Shown here: piece after piece, positions 37,283-46,456 of the stretch
Layout of the letters: each line of letters starts with the position of its first letter
Position numbering within the stretch: position 1 is the stretch's first letter
Assembly (NCBI GenBank): GCA_963744935.1
Contig: CAVUVM010000001.1
Location: 62,822 to 126,821, forward strand
From: an uncultured Acidimicrobiaceae bacterium
GTDB taxonomy: Bacteria > Actinomycetota > Acidimicrobiia > Acidimicrobiales > RAAP-2
DNA: 64,000 nt
Direction: 5' to 3'
Program-made: the position numbers and the translations under genes
Notes under the pieces: generated by a model
Database searches by the model: none
Seen by the model: the letters and a program-made list of their open reading frames with translations, nothing else
Told to the model about the DNA's origin: nothing

Positions 37283-37354
37283 CCTTCTTCCGGGCTCGCT
37301 CGCCCGGGTGACTTCCAACCCGTTGAGACTGGCCCAGTCCATCGGTGCCACCAT

Positions 37355-38221
37355 GTGACCGTGACGATCAGCCAGGTCGACCTCGATGTCCGCCCGCTCA
37401 GCCCCTCCATCGGTGCCGAGATCCGCGGGGTCGACTGCACCGCGGACCTCGACGACGACGTCATCGCGGCCATCCGCCAGATCTGGCTGGAACGCCTGGT
37501 CGTCTTCTTCCCCGACCAGCATCTCGAGGACGACTCCCAGATCGTCTTCGCCAGCCGGTTCGGTGAGCTGACCGAGAGCCATCCCGTCGAGCCGCAGGTG
37601 CTCGAACGCAAGGAGGTCCACTCCATCGAGAGCGGCAAGGACCGGGTCGACTTCTGGCACACCGACATCACGTTCATGAATCGGCCGGCGATGGCGTCCA
37701 TGCTGCGCTCCGTGGTCGTGCCCGAGGCGGGTGGCGACACGATGTGGTCGGACACCAGGGCGGCCTACGAAGCCCTGGCCGAACCACTCCAACGACTCTG
37801 CGACGAGCTCAGCGCCTACCACTACGACCCGTTCTACGCGCAGGCGGTAGCTGAAGGCCACGGCAACGTGTGGGAAGGAAAGAAGCTCGTGCGGCTGTCG
37901 CCGGCGCTGCACCCCGTCGTGCGCGTGCATCCCGAGACTGGCCGCAAGAACCTCTTTGTCAACCCGAAGTTCACGCACAGCATCAAGGACATGCCTGAGA
38001 GCCAGAGCCGCCGCTTGCTCGGCCTCCTCTACGACCACATGACCGACCCGGCGTTCATCGTGCGCTACCACTGGAAGCCGCGGACCCTCGCCATCTGGGA
38101 CAACCGTTCCACCATGCACTACGGGATCTTCGACTACGAGGGCGAGCGCAGGGTCATGCACCGCGTGACGCTGCGCGGCGAGCGGCCATACGGCCCCGCG
38201 GCGTCCGGCGCGTCGTCCTGA
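37355..38221 (+). CDS. TauD/TfdA-family Fe(II)/2OG dioxygenase
   Basis: WHTDITF (HxD), GGDTMW, and C-terminal WDNRSTMH. Confidence 0.9.
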   Translation: MTVTISQVDLDVRPLSPSIGAEIRGVDCTADLDDDVIAAIRQIWLERLVVFFPDQHLEDDSQIVFASRFGELTESHPVEPQVLERKEVHSIESGKDRVDFWHTDITFMNRPAMASMLRSVVVPEAGGDTMWSDTRAAYEALAEPLQRLCDELSAYHYDPFYAQAVAEGHGNVWEGKKLVRLSPALHPVVRVHPETGRKNLFVNPKFTHSIKDMPESQSRRLLGLLYDHMTDPAFIVRYHWKPRTLAIWDNRSTMHYGIFDYEGERRVMHRVTLRGERPYGPAASGASS

Positions 38222-38223
38222 GT

Positions 38224-38249
38224 CCGGCGGGAGCAACCGGCGGGAGCAA
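38224..38249. repeat. Perfect 13-bp tandem duplication (CCGGCGGGAGCAA x2)
   Basis: Starts 3 nt after the TauD stop codon, read directly. Confidence 0.85.
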
Positions 38250-38343
38250 GAGGCCCGCTCCGAGATGATGTAGCGCGAATCGCGGGCTCCGCCTCCGGCG
38301 TCGTCTTGGCGCGTTCACCAGGGAAGACGGTTGCCAGCGACCG

Positions 38344-39066
38344 GTGGCCCTGGGCGCAACCTGGGTAGTATCCGCCGGGTGGACGGGGGGAAGGTCCAGA
38401 TGGACCGCCGGGCGCGACGCGGACAAGGATGGGTCTGCGGCGCGCTCGGCGCTGCTGGCTCTCGGCGCCGCCTCATGCGCCAACGGAGGCTCGGGCGGGG
38501 GCGTGGTCATGATCCACTCGGGTCAGGCCCCACCCGGCGCCATCCCGACCGGTGGCCTGGGCAAGCTGGCCAGCGCGGCCGCGACCACCGTTCCGCTGGC
38601 GCAGCAGAACCCGACGACCGCCCTCTTCACGGCGACCGGCGTCTTTCAATCCTGCTTGAGCAATTTGGGCGTGACGTTCCAGGGTGCTCCGAACCCGAGC
38701 GACCCGTCATCGCCCGCCAACAACCCCGGCTACCTCAAGAACCTCGTCACCTGCGCGACGAAGAGCAACATCGTCCAAGCCCTCAAGGCGGTCCAATCGG
38801 CCCAGGACAACCTGACCCCGTCACAGGTGAAAAAGGAGAACAAGGACTACCTCCACTGGCGCAAATGCATGATCTCGAGGGGATGGGGGATCCCGCAGCC
38901 GACCCCCAACGCCAAAGGCCTCTTGTTCTCCTTTGGCGGCACCGGTGGTGGCAGCGGGGGCGGAGCGGGCGGCGCTTCGGGGTTCAAACCACCGCCCGGG
39001 CAGAGCCTCCTCAACAGCAGCGACCTCCAGCAGTGCGCGGCGGTCGCGCAGCAGGGCGGCTCGTGA
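38344..39066 (+). CDS. Putative lipoprotein, Gly-rich C-terminus
   Basis: Lipobox-like LALGAASC. Start unclear: no clean signal N-terminus in this frame. Confidence 0.45.
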   Translation: MALGATWVVSAGWTGGRSRWTAGRDADKDGSAARSALLALGAASCANGGSGGGVVMIHSGQAPPGAIPTGGLGKLASAAATTVPLAQQNPTTALFTATGVFQSCLSNLGVTFQGAPNPSDPSSPANNPGYLKNLVTCATKSNIVQALKAVQSAQDNLTPSQVKKENKDYLHWRKCMISRGWGIPQPTPNAKGLLFSFGGTGGGSGGGAGGASGFKPPPGQSLLNSSDLQQCAAVAQQGGS

Positions 39067-39120
39067 TCAGCCGGGTCCCTATGGCGGGGACCGCCACGCA
39101 AAACCATCGAGGGAGCGGCA

Positions 39121-41637
39121 ATGTCCCGTAGACAAAAGACAATAGGTGCCGTCGTCCTCGTGGTCGTCTTGGTGGCCGCCACCGGCATCGCCTACGCGGT
39201 CTCGTCGAGCGGGAGCACGTCGTCTGGCAACCAGGTGGTGGTCCTGGGCACGGTGCAGAAGCGCACCCTCCAGGGGACGGTCGCCCTCACCGGGACACTG
39301 GCGCGCAAGCAGCTGCGCAACGTCACCGCCGCGACCCAGGCGTTGGTGAGCAACGTGTCGGCCACAGCAGAAACGTTCACGTCAGCGGGTCAGGTGATGT
39401 TCGCGCTGAACGGCCGCGACGCCATCGCCGAGAACGGCGACCTCCCCTTCTTCCGCTCCCTCGTCCCCGGAGACTCCGGCGCCGACGTGCTGGAGCTGAA
39501 GCAGATCCTCGACGCGGCCGGCGACTACGCCGGCCCGACCAACGACCTCTATACGGAACAGACACAGTTCGCGCTGGCCCAGTGGCAAGCACAGCACGGG
39601 TATCCGAATTCGACGCCGGCCACGCCTGAGTCGGTCTCCGTCTCCCTCGAACAGGGGACGGGCTACGAGCTGGGCGACCAGGACAGTGCCGGACTGATCA
39701 TCGGGCCGCCAGCGACGCAAACGGCGTCGCTCACTGCCGGGAAGGGCGGCGCGACCGCCGGCGCGACCGCCGGCGCGACCGCCGGCACGACCACCCGGGC
39801 GGCGGGCGATGGAGCCGTACTCGCGGCGGACATGTTGCCGCAGGACGACCCCACCCCGACGCTCACGATCCAGTCGGTGGCGGACCAGGTGACGGCAGGC
39901 CAACCGGCGAACTTCATCGTCAGCACCTCCGCGACGTCGACCTCCGACCTGACCGTCAACCTCACTCCGGGCGGCACCGCAGGCCCCGACAACGTCGTCA
40001 CCCCACCGACGACCGCGACCATCACCGCGGGTGCGACGGAGACCGAGGTGACGGTGCAGACCCGCGTCACCAGCACCGTGCAACCGGACACGACCGTCTC
40101 CATGGCCATCGCAGCCGGCACCGGATACTCGGTGGGGACCCCGAGCTCGGCCCAGACCACCATCGAGAACGGCACGGTACCCACGCTGCAGATCACCGGT
40201 GGCACCACGGTGTCGCCCGGAGGCTCCGCCACGCTCACCATCACCGCCAACCAGGCACCGTTACAGAACATGCAGGTGGCGCTGAGCTTCGGCGGGAACG
40301 CCACCGCCGGAAGCGCCTACATGGTGCCCGACCCGGTGGTGACGCTCGCCGCAGGCACCACGAGCACCACGGTCACCCTCACCACCCTCAACAGCAACAC
40401 GATTCAGCCCAACACGTACGTCGTCGTCTCGCTCTCCCCCAGCCCCTCGCAGTACACGGTGGGGTCTCCCGGGTCGGCGGTCGTCACCATCGGCGGCTCG
40501 TTCAGCGTCCCGACGGTCACCTTGACCTCGGCGACCACGTACCTGCAGAAGGGCCAGCCCTACGTGGTGTCGGTCGGGCTGAATCAGGCCCAGAGCACGC
40601 CGCTCACTATCAACCTCTCCTACGGGGGAACGGCGACACCGGGCGTGGACTACACCGTGCCGGCGGGCACGCTGGTGGTGCCGGCCGGGCAGACCTCCCT
40701 GACGGTGCAGATCCCCACCGTGACCGACAACCTGGTGGAGTCCGACCGCGTGCTGAGCGTGTCACTGGCCGCCGGCGGCGGCTACAGCATCGGCTCACCC
40801 TCGAGTGCGTCGGTGACGATCACGTCGCAGGTCGTCCCCAAGCTCACCATCGCGGCCAGCACTTCCACGCTGGCCCAAGGTGGCGCAGCAGCCTTCGTCA
40901 TCACCGCGTCCGCGGCCCCGACGCAGAACACGTCGGTCAGCTTCTCGGTGCAGGGAACCGCGCAGCCGGGCCAGAACTACGAGCCGTTGACCGGTGCCGC
41001 CCTCCTGGCCGCGGGCCAGACCCAGGTCACCGTGACGCTGCAGTCTCTCCAGCGCAACATCACCTTCGATCCGACAGACATGATCGTCGGTACGTGGCCC
41101 ACCCGCGTGGGCACGGTGTACGTGAAGGCCGGACAGCCCGTGGCTCCCGGCACGGCCATCCTCTCGCTGACCGAGCCGGAACTGACGGTGACCCTCGACG
41201 CCTCCGCATCCAACCGCACCCAGCTGGCGGTAGGGCAGTCGTGCACCGTCCAGATCGACGGCGAGAGCAACACCGTCTCGGGCACCATCACCGAGCTGGA
41301 CTCCACGCCGACGTCGGTCGCGTCCTCGAGCGGGCAGGGATCGCAACAGCTCTATGAAGGCAAGATCGAGGCACCGGGGCTCGACGGCGCCGACGGCTCC
41401 TCGGTCTCCATCAGCGTGGTCACCCAGCAGAAGTCGAACGCGCTGACGGTGCCCATCGCCGCGGTGAAGCAGAACGGAACGGGCCGGGACGTCGTGCGCG
41501 TGGTCCAGGTCTCGCACGGTGACCGCATCGTCGAGGTGCCGGTGACGACGGGCCTCACCGAAGGGTCCTACATCGAGATCACGCGCGGCCTTCACGCCGG
41601 CGAGACGGTCGTCGTCGAGGTAGACCAGAACTCGTGA
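39121..41637 (+). CDS. MacA/HlyD-type periplasmic adaptor with a peptidoglycan-binding domain and four Calx-beta-like repeats
   Basis: ATG after GAGGGAG, then an N-terminal TM helix. PG_binding_1-like GDSGADVLELKQIL...FALAQWQAQHGYP. Four repeats of about 105 aa, then a C-terminal HlyD beta-barrel. Confidence 0.8.
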   Translation: MSRRQKTIGAVVLVVVLVAATGIAYAVSSSGSTSSGNQVVVLGTVQKRTLQGTVALTGTLARKQLRNVTAATQALVSNVSATAETFTSAGQVMFALNGRDAIAENGDLPFFRSLVPGDSGADVLELKQILDAAGDYAGPTNDLYTEQTQFALAQWQAQHGYPNSTPATPESVSVSLEQGTGYELGDQDSAGLIIGPPATQTASLTAGKGGATAGATAGATAGTTTRAAGDGAVLAADMLPQDDPTPTLTIQSVADQVTAGQPANFIVSTSATSTSDLTVNLTPGGTAGPDNVVTPPTTATITAGATETEVTVQTRVTSTVQPDTTVSMAIAAGTGYSVGTPSSAQTTIENGTVPTLQITGGTTVSPGGSATLTITANQAPLQNMQVALSFGGNATAGSAYMVPDPVVTLAAGTTSTTVTLTTLNSNTIQPNTYVVVSLSPSPSQYTVGSPGSAVVTIGGSFSVPTVTLTSATTYLQKGQPYVVSVGLNQAQSTPLTINLSYGGTATPGVDYTVPAGTLVVPAGQTSLTVQIPTVTDNLVESDRVLSVSLAAGGGYSIGSPSSASVTITSQVVPKLTIAASTSTLAQGGAAAFVITASAAPTQNTSVSFSVQGTAQPGQNYEPLTGAALLAAGQTQVTVTLQSLQRNITFDPTDMIVGTWPTRVGTVYVKAGQPVAPGTAILSLTEPELTVTLDASASNRTQLAVGQSCTVQIDGESNTVSGTITELDSTPTSVASSSGQGSQQLYEGKIEAPGLDGADGSSVSISVVTQQKSNALTVPIAAVKQNGTGRDVVRVVQVSHGDRIVEVPVTTGLTEGSYIEITRGLHAGETVVVEVDQNS

Positions 41638-42380
41638 CGGCCACGGATACGACGTCGTCGCCCGTGTCCAGTGGCGATCCCCCCGATCGGCCTCTCCTCG
41701 AGCTCGACCACGTGACGCGCCTGTACGGGGACGAAGTCATCGTCTACGCATTGCGAGACGTGTCGCTGCGGATCATGGCGGGCGAGCTCGTCTCGATCGT
41801 GGGGCCGTCGGGGTCGGGGAAGTCGACGATGCTCGGCCTGCTCGGGGTGCTCGACCTGCCGTCGGCCGGTACCGTCCGGGTCGGCGGTCGCGACGTCGGC
41901 CGGCTCGACGACGCGACCCGCTCGCGGCTGCGCGGCGACTCGATCGGCTTCGTCTTCCAACAATTCCATCTCATCCCCCACCTGAGCGCCCTAGGCAACG
42001 TGGAGACGGCACTCCTCTATCGCGACATGCGGCCGCGCGAACGGCGCGACAAGGCGCGCCAGGCGCTCGAACAACTCGGCATGGGCCCGCGCGTCGACCA
42101 CCGGCCGGTGCAACTCTCCGGTGGTGAGCAACAACGCGTGGCGCTGGCTCGGGCCATCGTGACGGATCCATTGATGGTATTGGCCGACGAGCCGACGGGC
42201 GCCCTCGATTCGGCCAACGCCGCGCACGTGCTCGAGATCTTCCAAAGCCTGCAGTCGCCCGAGCGGGCGGTGGTCATGGTGACCCACGACCCGAACGTGG
42301 CCAACACCGCCCGGCGCCGGATCTCCATGCGTGACGGCACCATCGTGGCCGACGAACTTCTGTCGGGGGCATCCGCGTGA
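41634..42380 (+). CDS. ABC transporter ATP-binding protein (MacB/LolD type)
   Basis: Walker A GPSGSGKST, signature LSGGEQQR, Walker B VLADEPTGALD. Start overlaps the adaptor stop. Confidence 0.9.
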   Translation: MTATDTTSSPVSSGDPPDRPLLELDHVTRLYGDEVIVYALRDVSLRIMAGELVSIVGPSGSGKSTMLGLLGVLDLPSAGTVRVGGRDVGRLDDATRSRLRGDSIGFVFQQFHLIPHLSALGNVETALLYRDMRPRERRDKARQALEQLGMGPRVDHRPVQLSGGEQQRVALARAIVTDPLMVLADEPTGALDSANAAHVLEIFQSLQSPERAVVMVTHDPNVANTARRRISMRDGTIVADELLSGASA

Positions 42381-43561
42381 GCCAATCGCGCGATCTGGTC
42401 GGCGTCGCACTGACCGGGCTCACCGCCCGCAAGGTGCGGACGCTGCTGATCATGCTCGGCCCCATCATCGGGGTGGCCGCCATGGTGTGCGCCATCGGCC
42501 TCACCGAGAGCGCCAAGGGACAGCTCCAGGCCCAGTTGGCCCAGCTCGGCACCAACCTGATCATCGCCCAGGCCGGCGGCACCTTCGGCTCGCAGAACCC
42601 CACGTTCCCGGAGAACGCGGTCGCCCGGGTGGAGGCGGTATCGACCATCGATGGGGCGGCAGCTACGGCCAATCTCTCGGGAGTCGTCTCGGTGCCCGTG
42701 GAGGGAGCCAAGGATTACTACGAGGCGTTCCCGGTGCCGGTGCGCGCCGCGGGCGTCGGCCTGCCCGCAGTGCTGCAAGTACCGGTAATCAGTGGGCGAT
42801 GGCTCGACCGCGCCGACCTCCAACTTCACACGGCTGCCGCCGTCCTCGGCGAGGGCATCGCCAAGCAGTACGGGTACCTGCCCGGCGAGGACCGCACCAT
42901 CAGGCTGAACAACGCCAACTTCGCGGTGGTCGGCGTCTTGGGCTCGGTTGCGCTCGATCCCGAGCTCGACAACGCCGTCTTCGTGACGGAGTGGGCCGCC
43001 AAGAACATCCTCGGCACCAACGGTGAGCCGAACCAGCTCTACATCCGCGCTGCGCCGGGCACCACCCAAGCCACCGCCAACGCCATCCCCACCGCGATCA
43101 GTCTCGGTGGGTCCAATCAGGTCTCGACCCAGATCCCGAGCGACGTGCTGCAGGCGGCGGCGCAGGCCAACAAGACCTTGCAGCAGGTGGCGCTCCTGGC
43201 CGGCTTGCTCGCGCTCGTCGTCGGCGGCGTCGGCATCGCCAACGTGATGTCCATCTCGGTGATCCAACGGTCATCGGAGATCGGGATCCGGCGCGCCGTC
43301 GGGCACAGCCGATCCAAGATCGCCGGCCAGTTCCTGCTCGAGTCGCTGTTCGTGGGCCTGCTCGGTGGGCTCATCGGCGCGGCATTGGGCGTCGCCATCG
43401 TCTACGGCGTCTCGGCCCTGCAGGGGTGGGTCGTCGTGATCAACTACAAGCAGATCCCGTTGTGGATGGGCCTGGCACTCGTCGTCGCCGTCGTGGCCGG
43501 GCTGTTCCCCTCGATCAAGGCCGCGCGCCTCGAGCCGCTGGAAACTCTGCGCCTGGGCTGA
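42377..43561 (+). CDS. ABC transporter permease (FtsX/MacB-type)
   Basis: N-terminal TM helix, a large periplasmic domain, and a C-terminal FtsX module (IGIRRAVGHSRSKI). Confidence 0.9.
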   Translation: MSQSRDLVGVALTGLTARKVRTLLIMLGPIIGVAAMVCAIGLTESAKGQLQAQLAQLGTNLIIAQAGGTFGSQNPTFPENAVARVEAVSTIDGAAATANLSGVVSVPVEGAKDYYEAFPVPVRAAGVGLPAVLQVPVISGRWLDRADLQLHTAAAVLGEGIAKQYGYLPGEDRTIRLNNANFAVVGVLGSVALDPELDNAVFVTEWAAKNILGTNGEPNQLYIRAAPGTTQATANAIPTAISLGGSNQVSTQIPSDVLQAAAQANKTLQQVALLAGLLALVVGGVGIANVMSISVIQRSSEIGIRRAVGHSRSKIAGQFLLESLFVGLLGGLIGAALGVAIVYGVSALQGWVVVINYKQIPLWMGLALVVAVVAGLFPSIKAARLEPLETLRLG

Positions 43562-43571
43562 GCTTCGATGA

Positions 43572-44438
43572 TCAGGGCAGGGTTGTCGTCGCACCGCTGG
43601 GGATCGAGGAAGAGGTGTCTTCGCTGCCGCTCGAGGAGCCGCCGCTCGCGCTTGCGCCAGCACCACTGCCCGGTCCCGGTCCCGATCCCGATCCCGCTGA
43701 ACTGCCGGCACCCGATCCCGACTTGCTGCCGGCGGATTTCCCCGTCCCCGTTTTCGCCCCGGCCGTGCTCGAGCCCGCACCCGCGGTCGCGGCGGAGCCC
43801 CCGCCAGCACCGAGCCGACTCGCACCTCCTCCGGTGTTCCCGCCGTTGCCCGAGTTGCCGGCTCCGGAGTTGCCGAGACCCGTATTGCCCGAGGAGCCAA
43901 CCGCGCCCGCAGCCAACGAGCCACCGGCCGCACCGGAATTGCCGGTTGCGCCCGTGACCCCCGTCGCGCCAGAGTTGGCGCCGTTCGTCGCGCTCGAGCC
44001 GGCCCCGGAGTTCCCGCCACCGGTCGATCCCGAGCCCGAATCCCCCGTGCTCCCCGTCGCCCCCGAGGGATGTGGTACCGAAGTGATGGCCGAGTCATTT
44101 CCGCTCGAACCCAGCCAGATGCCAGCGAGGGTGCCGGCACCAGCGATGAGCGCGACGCCAATGCACAGCGTGGCCACCAACGCGACAGGCTGGTGCCACC
44201 AGTGCTGGGGCGGATCGAGCAGCTCGTCGTCTGGGTCGCCCGACGCGGAATTGTCAACGGGTTGCTCCAGCGTGCGTGGAGGCTCGTCAGTATCGCTCGA
44301 GCTCTGTGCGGTCGCCGTCGGATCACTCACTGCAGGTACCCACCCCGGGTTGGAAGCGTACCCGAGGGACGAACGAGGAGACCCTCGCGACCCGGCCTGT
44401 GCTTCTCGATCGGCTTCAGCATCCTCCGAGCACACCAA
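43572..44438 (-). CDS. Single-pass membrane protein with a Gly/Ser/Ala/Asn low-complexity ectodomain
   Basis: TTG start, acidic N-terminus and one TM helix (VALVATLCIGVALIAGAGTLAGIWL). Competes with a Pro-rich shadow ORF on the + strand. Confidence 0.45.
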   Translation of the reverse strand: MVCSEDAEADREAQAGSRGSPRSSLGYASNPGWVPAVSDPTATAQSSSDTDEPPRTLEQPVDNSASGDPDDELLDPPQHWWHQPVALVATLCIGVALIAGAGTLAGIWLGSSGNDSAITSVPHPSGATGSTGDSGSGSTGGGNSGAGSSATNGANSGATGVTGATGNSGAAGGSLAAGAVGSSGNTGLGNSGAGNSGNGGNTGGGASRLGAGGGSAATAGAGSSTAGAKTGTGKSAGSKSGSGAGSSAGSGSGPGPGSGAGASASGGSSSGSEDTSSSIPSGATTTLP

Positions 44439-44458
44439 CGCCGGATCTCTGGAATGTG

Positions 44459-44486
44459 CTCCCTACTCCCTACTCCCTACTCCCTA
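44459..44486. repeat. Perfect heptamer tandem repeat (CTCCCTA)x4
   Basis: Read directly. Lies between the ABC-2 permease stop and the Gly-rich gene start. Confidence 0.9.
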
Positions 44487-44494
44487 CCCCCGCC

Positions 44495-45403
44495 TCACGC
44501 GTCGCGACGCACCAGGACCCAGCACCCCAGTCCCAGGACAAACACCGTGTAGAGCACCAGCAGCGCAAACCCTGTCCACGGACTGAAGGCCGGGCCCAGA
44601 TGATCGGGCACTTCGCTCGTGGAGAACAACACAAGGCCGATGTTGGCTGGCAGATATCGAGCGACGGCGTCGTTGATCGATGCCGGCAAGGCCTCGACGA
44701 TGAGCGGCAGCACGAGGACGACCCCGACGAAGGCTGAGATGGCGCCCGCGGTGTGCCGGATGATGGTGGCCAATCCCAGTGCCAGTAACCCGAGCACCGC
44801 CAAGTAAAGGCCGGCGCCGACGACCGCTCGGAGGACTCCTGGCTGTCCGAGCGAGGCCGAACCGGTCGACGAGACCAGACCCTTGACGGCGGGAGGCACC
44901 TTCACGCCGAGTTGGTGCGCGTGCTGCGCAATGATCGCTTGGGCCCCCACCGCGTGTCGGGCCGACAAGATGGCCTGGCCGATGGCGAACGCCACGAAGG
45001 TGAAGACCTCGCTCACGACCAGTGCCACCCCTCCGAACACGAGGATCTTTGCCGCGAGCACGACGGGTCGGCGAGGAATCGCGGCCAAGGTGGCGCGGAT
45101 CGTGCCCGTGCCGTACTCGGCGCTCATCACCAGGACGCCCAAGACTCCGAAGATGAGCTGACCAAGAAAGACTCCGATCAGGCTCAGACGAGTTGGGTCG
45201 TCGACGATGTCGGAGGCACTTCGTGTTCCCGTGCTGAGGGCCGACAGTCCGACGACCGCGACCGCGGTGGCGACGAGGGTCCACATCGTCGAGCGGACCG
45301 ACCACATCTTGGTCCATTCGGCCGTCATCGCCCGCCGCAGGCCGACTCGACCGGGGATCTGCTCCATGGCGAAGGGGGGCGGAGCTTCGAGCACAGCGGT
45401 CAT
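44495..45403 (-). CDS. ABC-2 type transporter permease
   Basis: 302 aa with 6 TM helices. Has the TAEWTKMWSVRST N-terminal motif typical of actinobacterial ABC-2 permeases. Confidence 0.75.
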   Translation of the reverse strand: MTAVLEAPPPFAMEQIPGRVGLRRAMTAEWTKMWSVRSTMWTLVATAVAVVGLSALSTGTRSASDIVDDPTRLSLIGVFLGQLIFGVLGVLVMSAEYGTGTIRATLAAIPRRPVVLAAKILVFGGVALVVSEVFTFVAFAIGQAILSARHAVGAQAIIAQHAHQLGVKVPPAVKGLVSSTGSASLGQPGVLRAVVGAGLYLAVLGLLALGLATIIRHTAGAISAFVGVVLVLPLIVEALPASINDAVARYLPANIGLVLFSTSEVPDHLGPAFSPWTGFALLVLYTVFVLGLGCWVLVRRDA

Positions 45404-46303
45404 TGGCCCGCCCGAAATTCCACAGCTTGTTCGGTCAGCTCCATGAAGGCATCCTCGAGCGAGGCGACCGGGGTCAGTTCGTGCAGCGCCACCCCGATCG
45501 ACAGTGCCAGATCACCGACTTGCTCGGCCGACAACCCGGTGACGGTCACGGACCCGTCCGGATCGGAGATGGCGGTGCCGCCGGCATTGGTCACCGCGTC
45601 GCTCAGTTGATGGGGCGCCGGCGTTCGGACCTTGACCGATTGACGAGAGCTGCGCGCGACGAAGTCAGCCACCGAGGTCTCGGCAATCAGCTTGCCCTTG
45701 CCGATCACGACGAGATGATCAGCCGTCAGCGCCATCTCGGCCATGAGGTGGCTCGAGACGAACACGGTACGACCCTCGGCGGCCAAGCTCTTGCAGAGCG
45801 TGCGCACCCAGCGGATTCCCTCTGGGTCGAGTCCGTTCACCGGCTCGTCGAAGAGGAGCACCGCCGGATCGCCGAGCAAGGCGGCGGCGATACCGAGTCG
45901 CTGGCCCATCCCGAGAGAGAACTTGCCGGCTCGTTTGGTCGCCACCGCGGTGAGTCCGACGAGTTCGAGCACCTCGTCGACCCGCTGTCCGAGTGATGCC
46001 GTTGCTGCGCGCCAGGCCAACGAGATGGGCCCGGGCGGAGCGGCCCGGGTGGATGGCCTTCGCTTCGAGCAGCGCGCCCACTTCTCGCAGCGGCCAGGGC
46101 AGGTCGTGATAGCGGCGGCCCAACACCGTGACCGTGCCCGACCCCGGTGCATCGAGTCCCATGATCATGCGCATCGTGGTCGACTTGCCCGAACCGTTGG
46201 GCCCGAGGAAGCCGGTGACGGTACCCGGTTGTACGTCAAAGGACAGCTGGTCCACGGCGAGCACGTCTCCAAAACGCTTGGAGAGTCCACGGGCCTGGAT
46301 CAC
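45400..46303 (-). pseudogene. ABC transporter ATP-binding protein, split by a 1-nt frameshift near 45990-45996
   Basis: Walker A GPNGSGKST lies in the frame of ORF 45719-46303. Signature FSLGMGQR and Walker B LLFDEPVNGLD lie in the frame of ORF 45400-46152. Confidence 0.7.
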
Positions 46304-46456
46304 CCCGCAACCCTTACACGACGATCGATGCTCTCGATATCAGGGACATTCCTGATGTGCCCTGTCGCATTGTCAACCGAAGGTAGGGATCACCACCTCC
46401 CTGAGGATGAGTGTCCCCCCACCATGCGCCCGTTCGGTTTCGGTGCCCGATCCGGC

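Noticed and set aside
37290-37308. Hairpin CCGGGC-TCGCTC-GCCCGG after the SGNH hydrolase gene, as a terminator.
   Set aside because: The stem is only 6 bp with no U-tract, and similar GC palindromes are frequent in this composition. It is too weak to annotate.
43426-44586. Pro-rich plus-strand ORF (386 aa).
   Set aside because: It starts inside the FtsX permease gene, then runs through the heptamer array and into the ABC-2 permease 3' end. It has no signal peptide or TM helix. The minus-strand ORF is more gene-like, but I kept the ambiguity as a finding.
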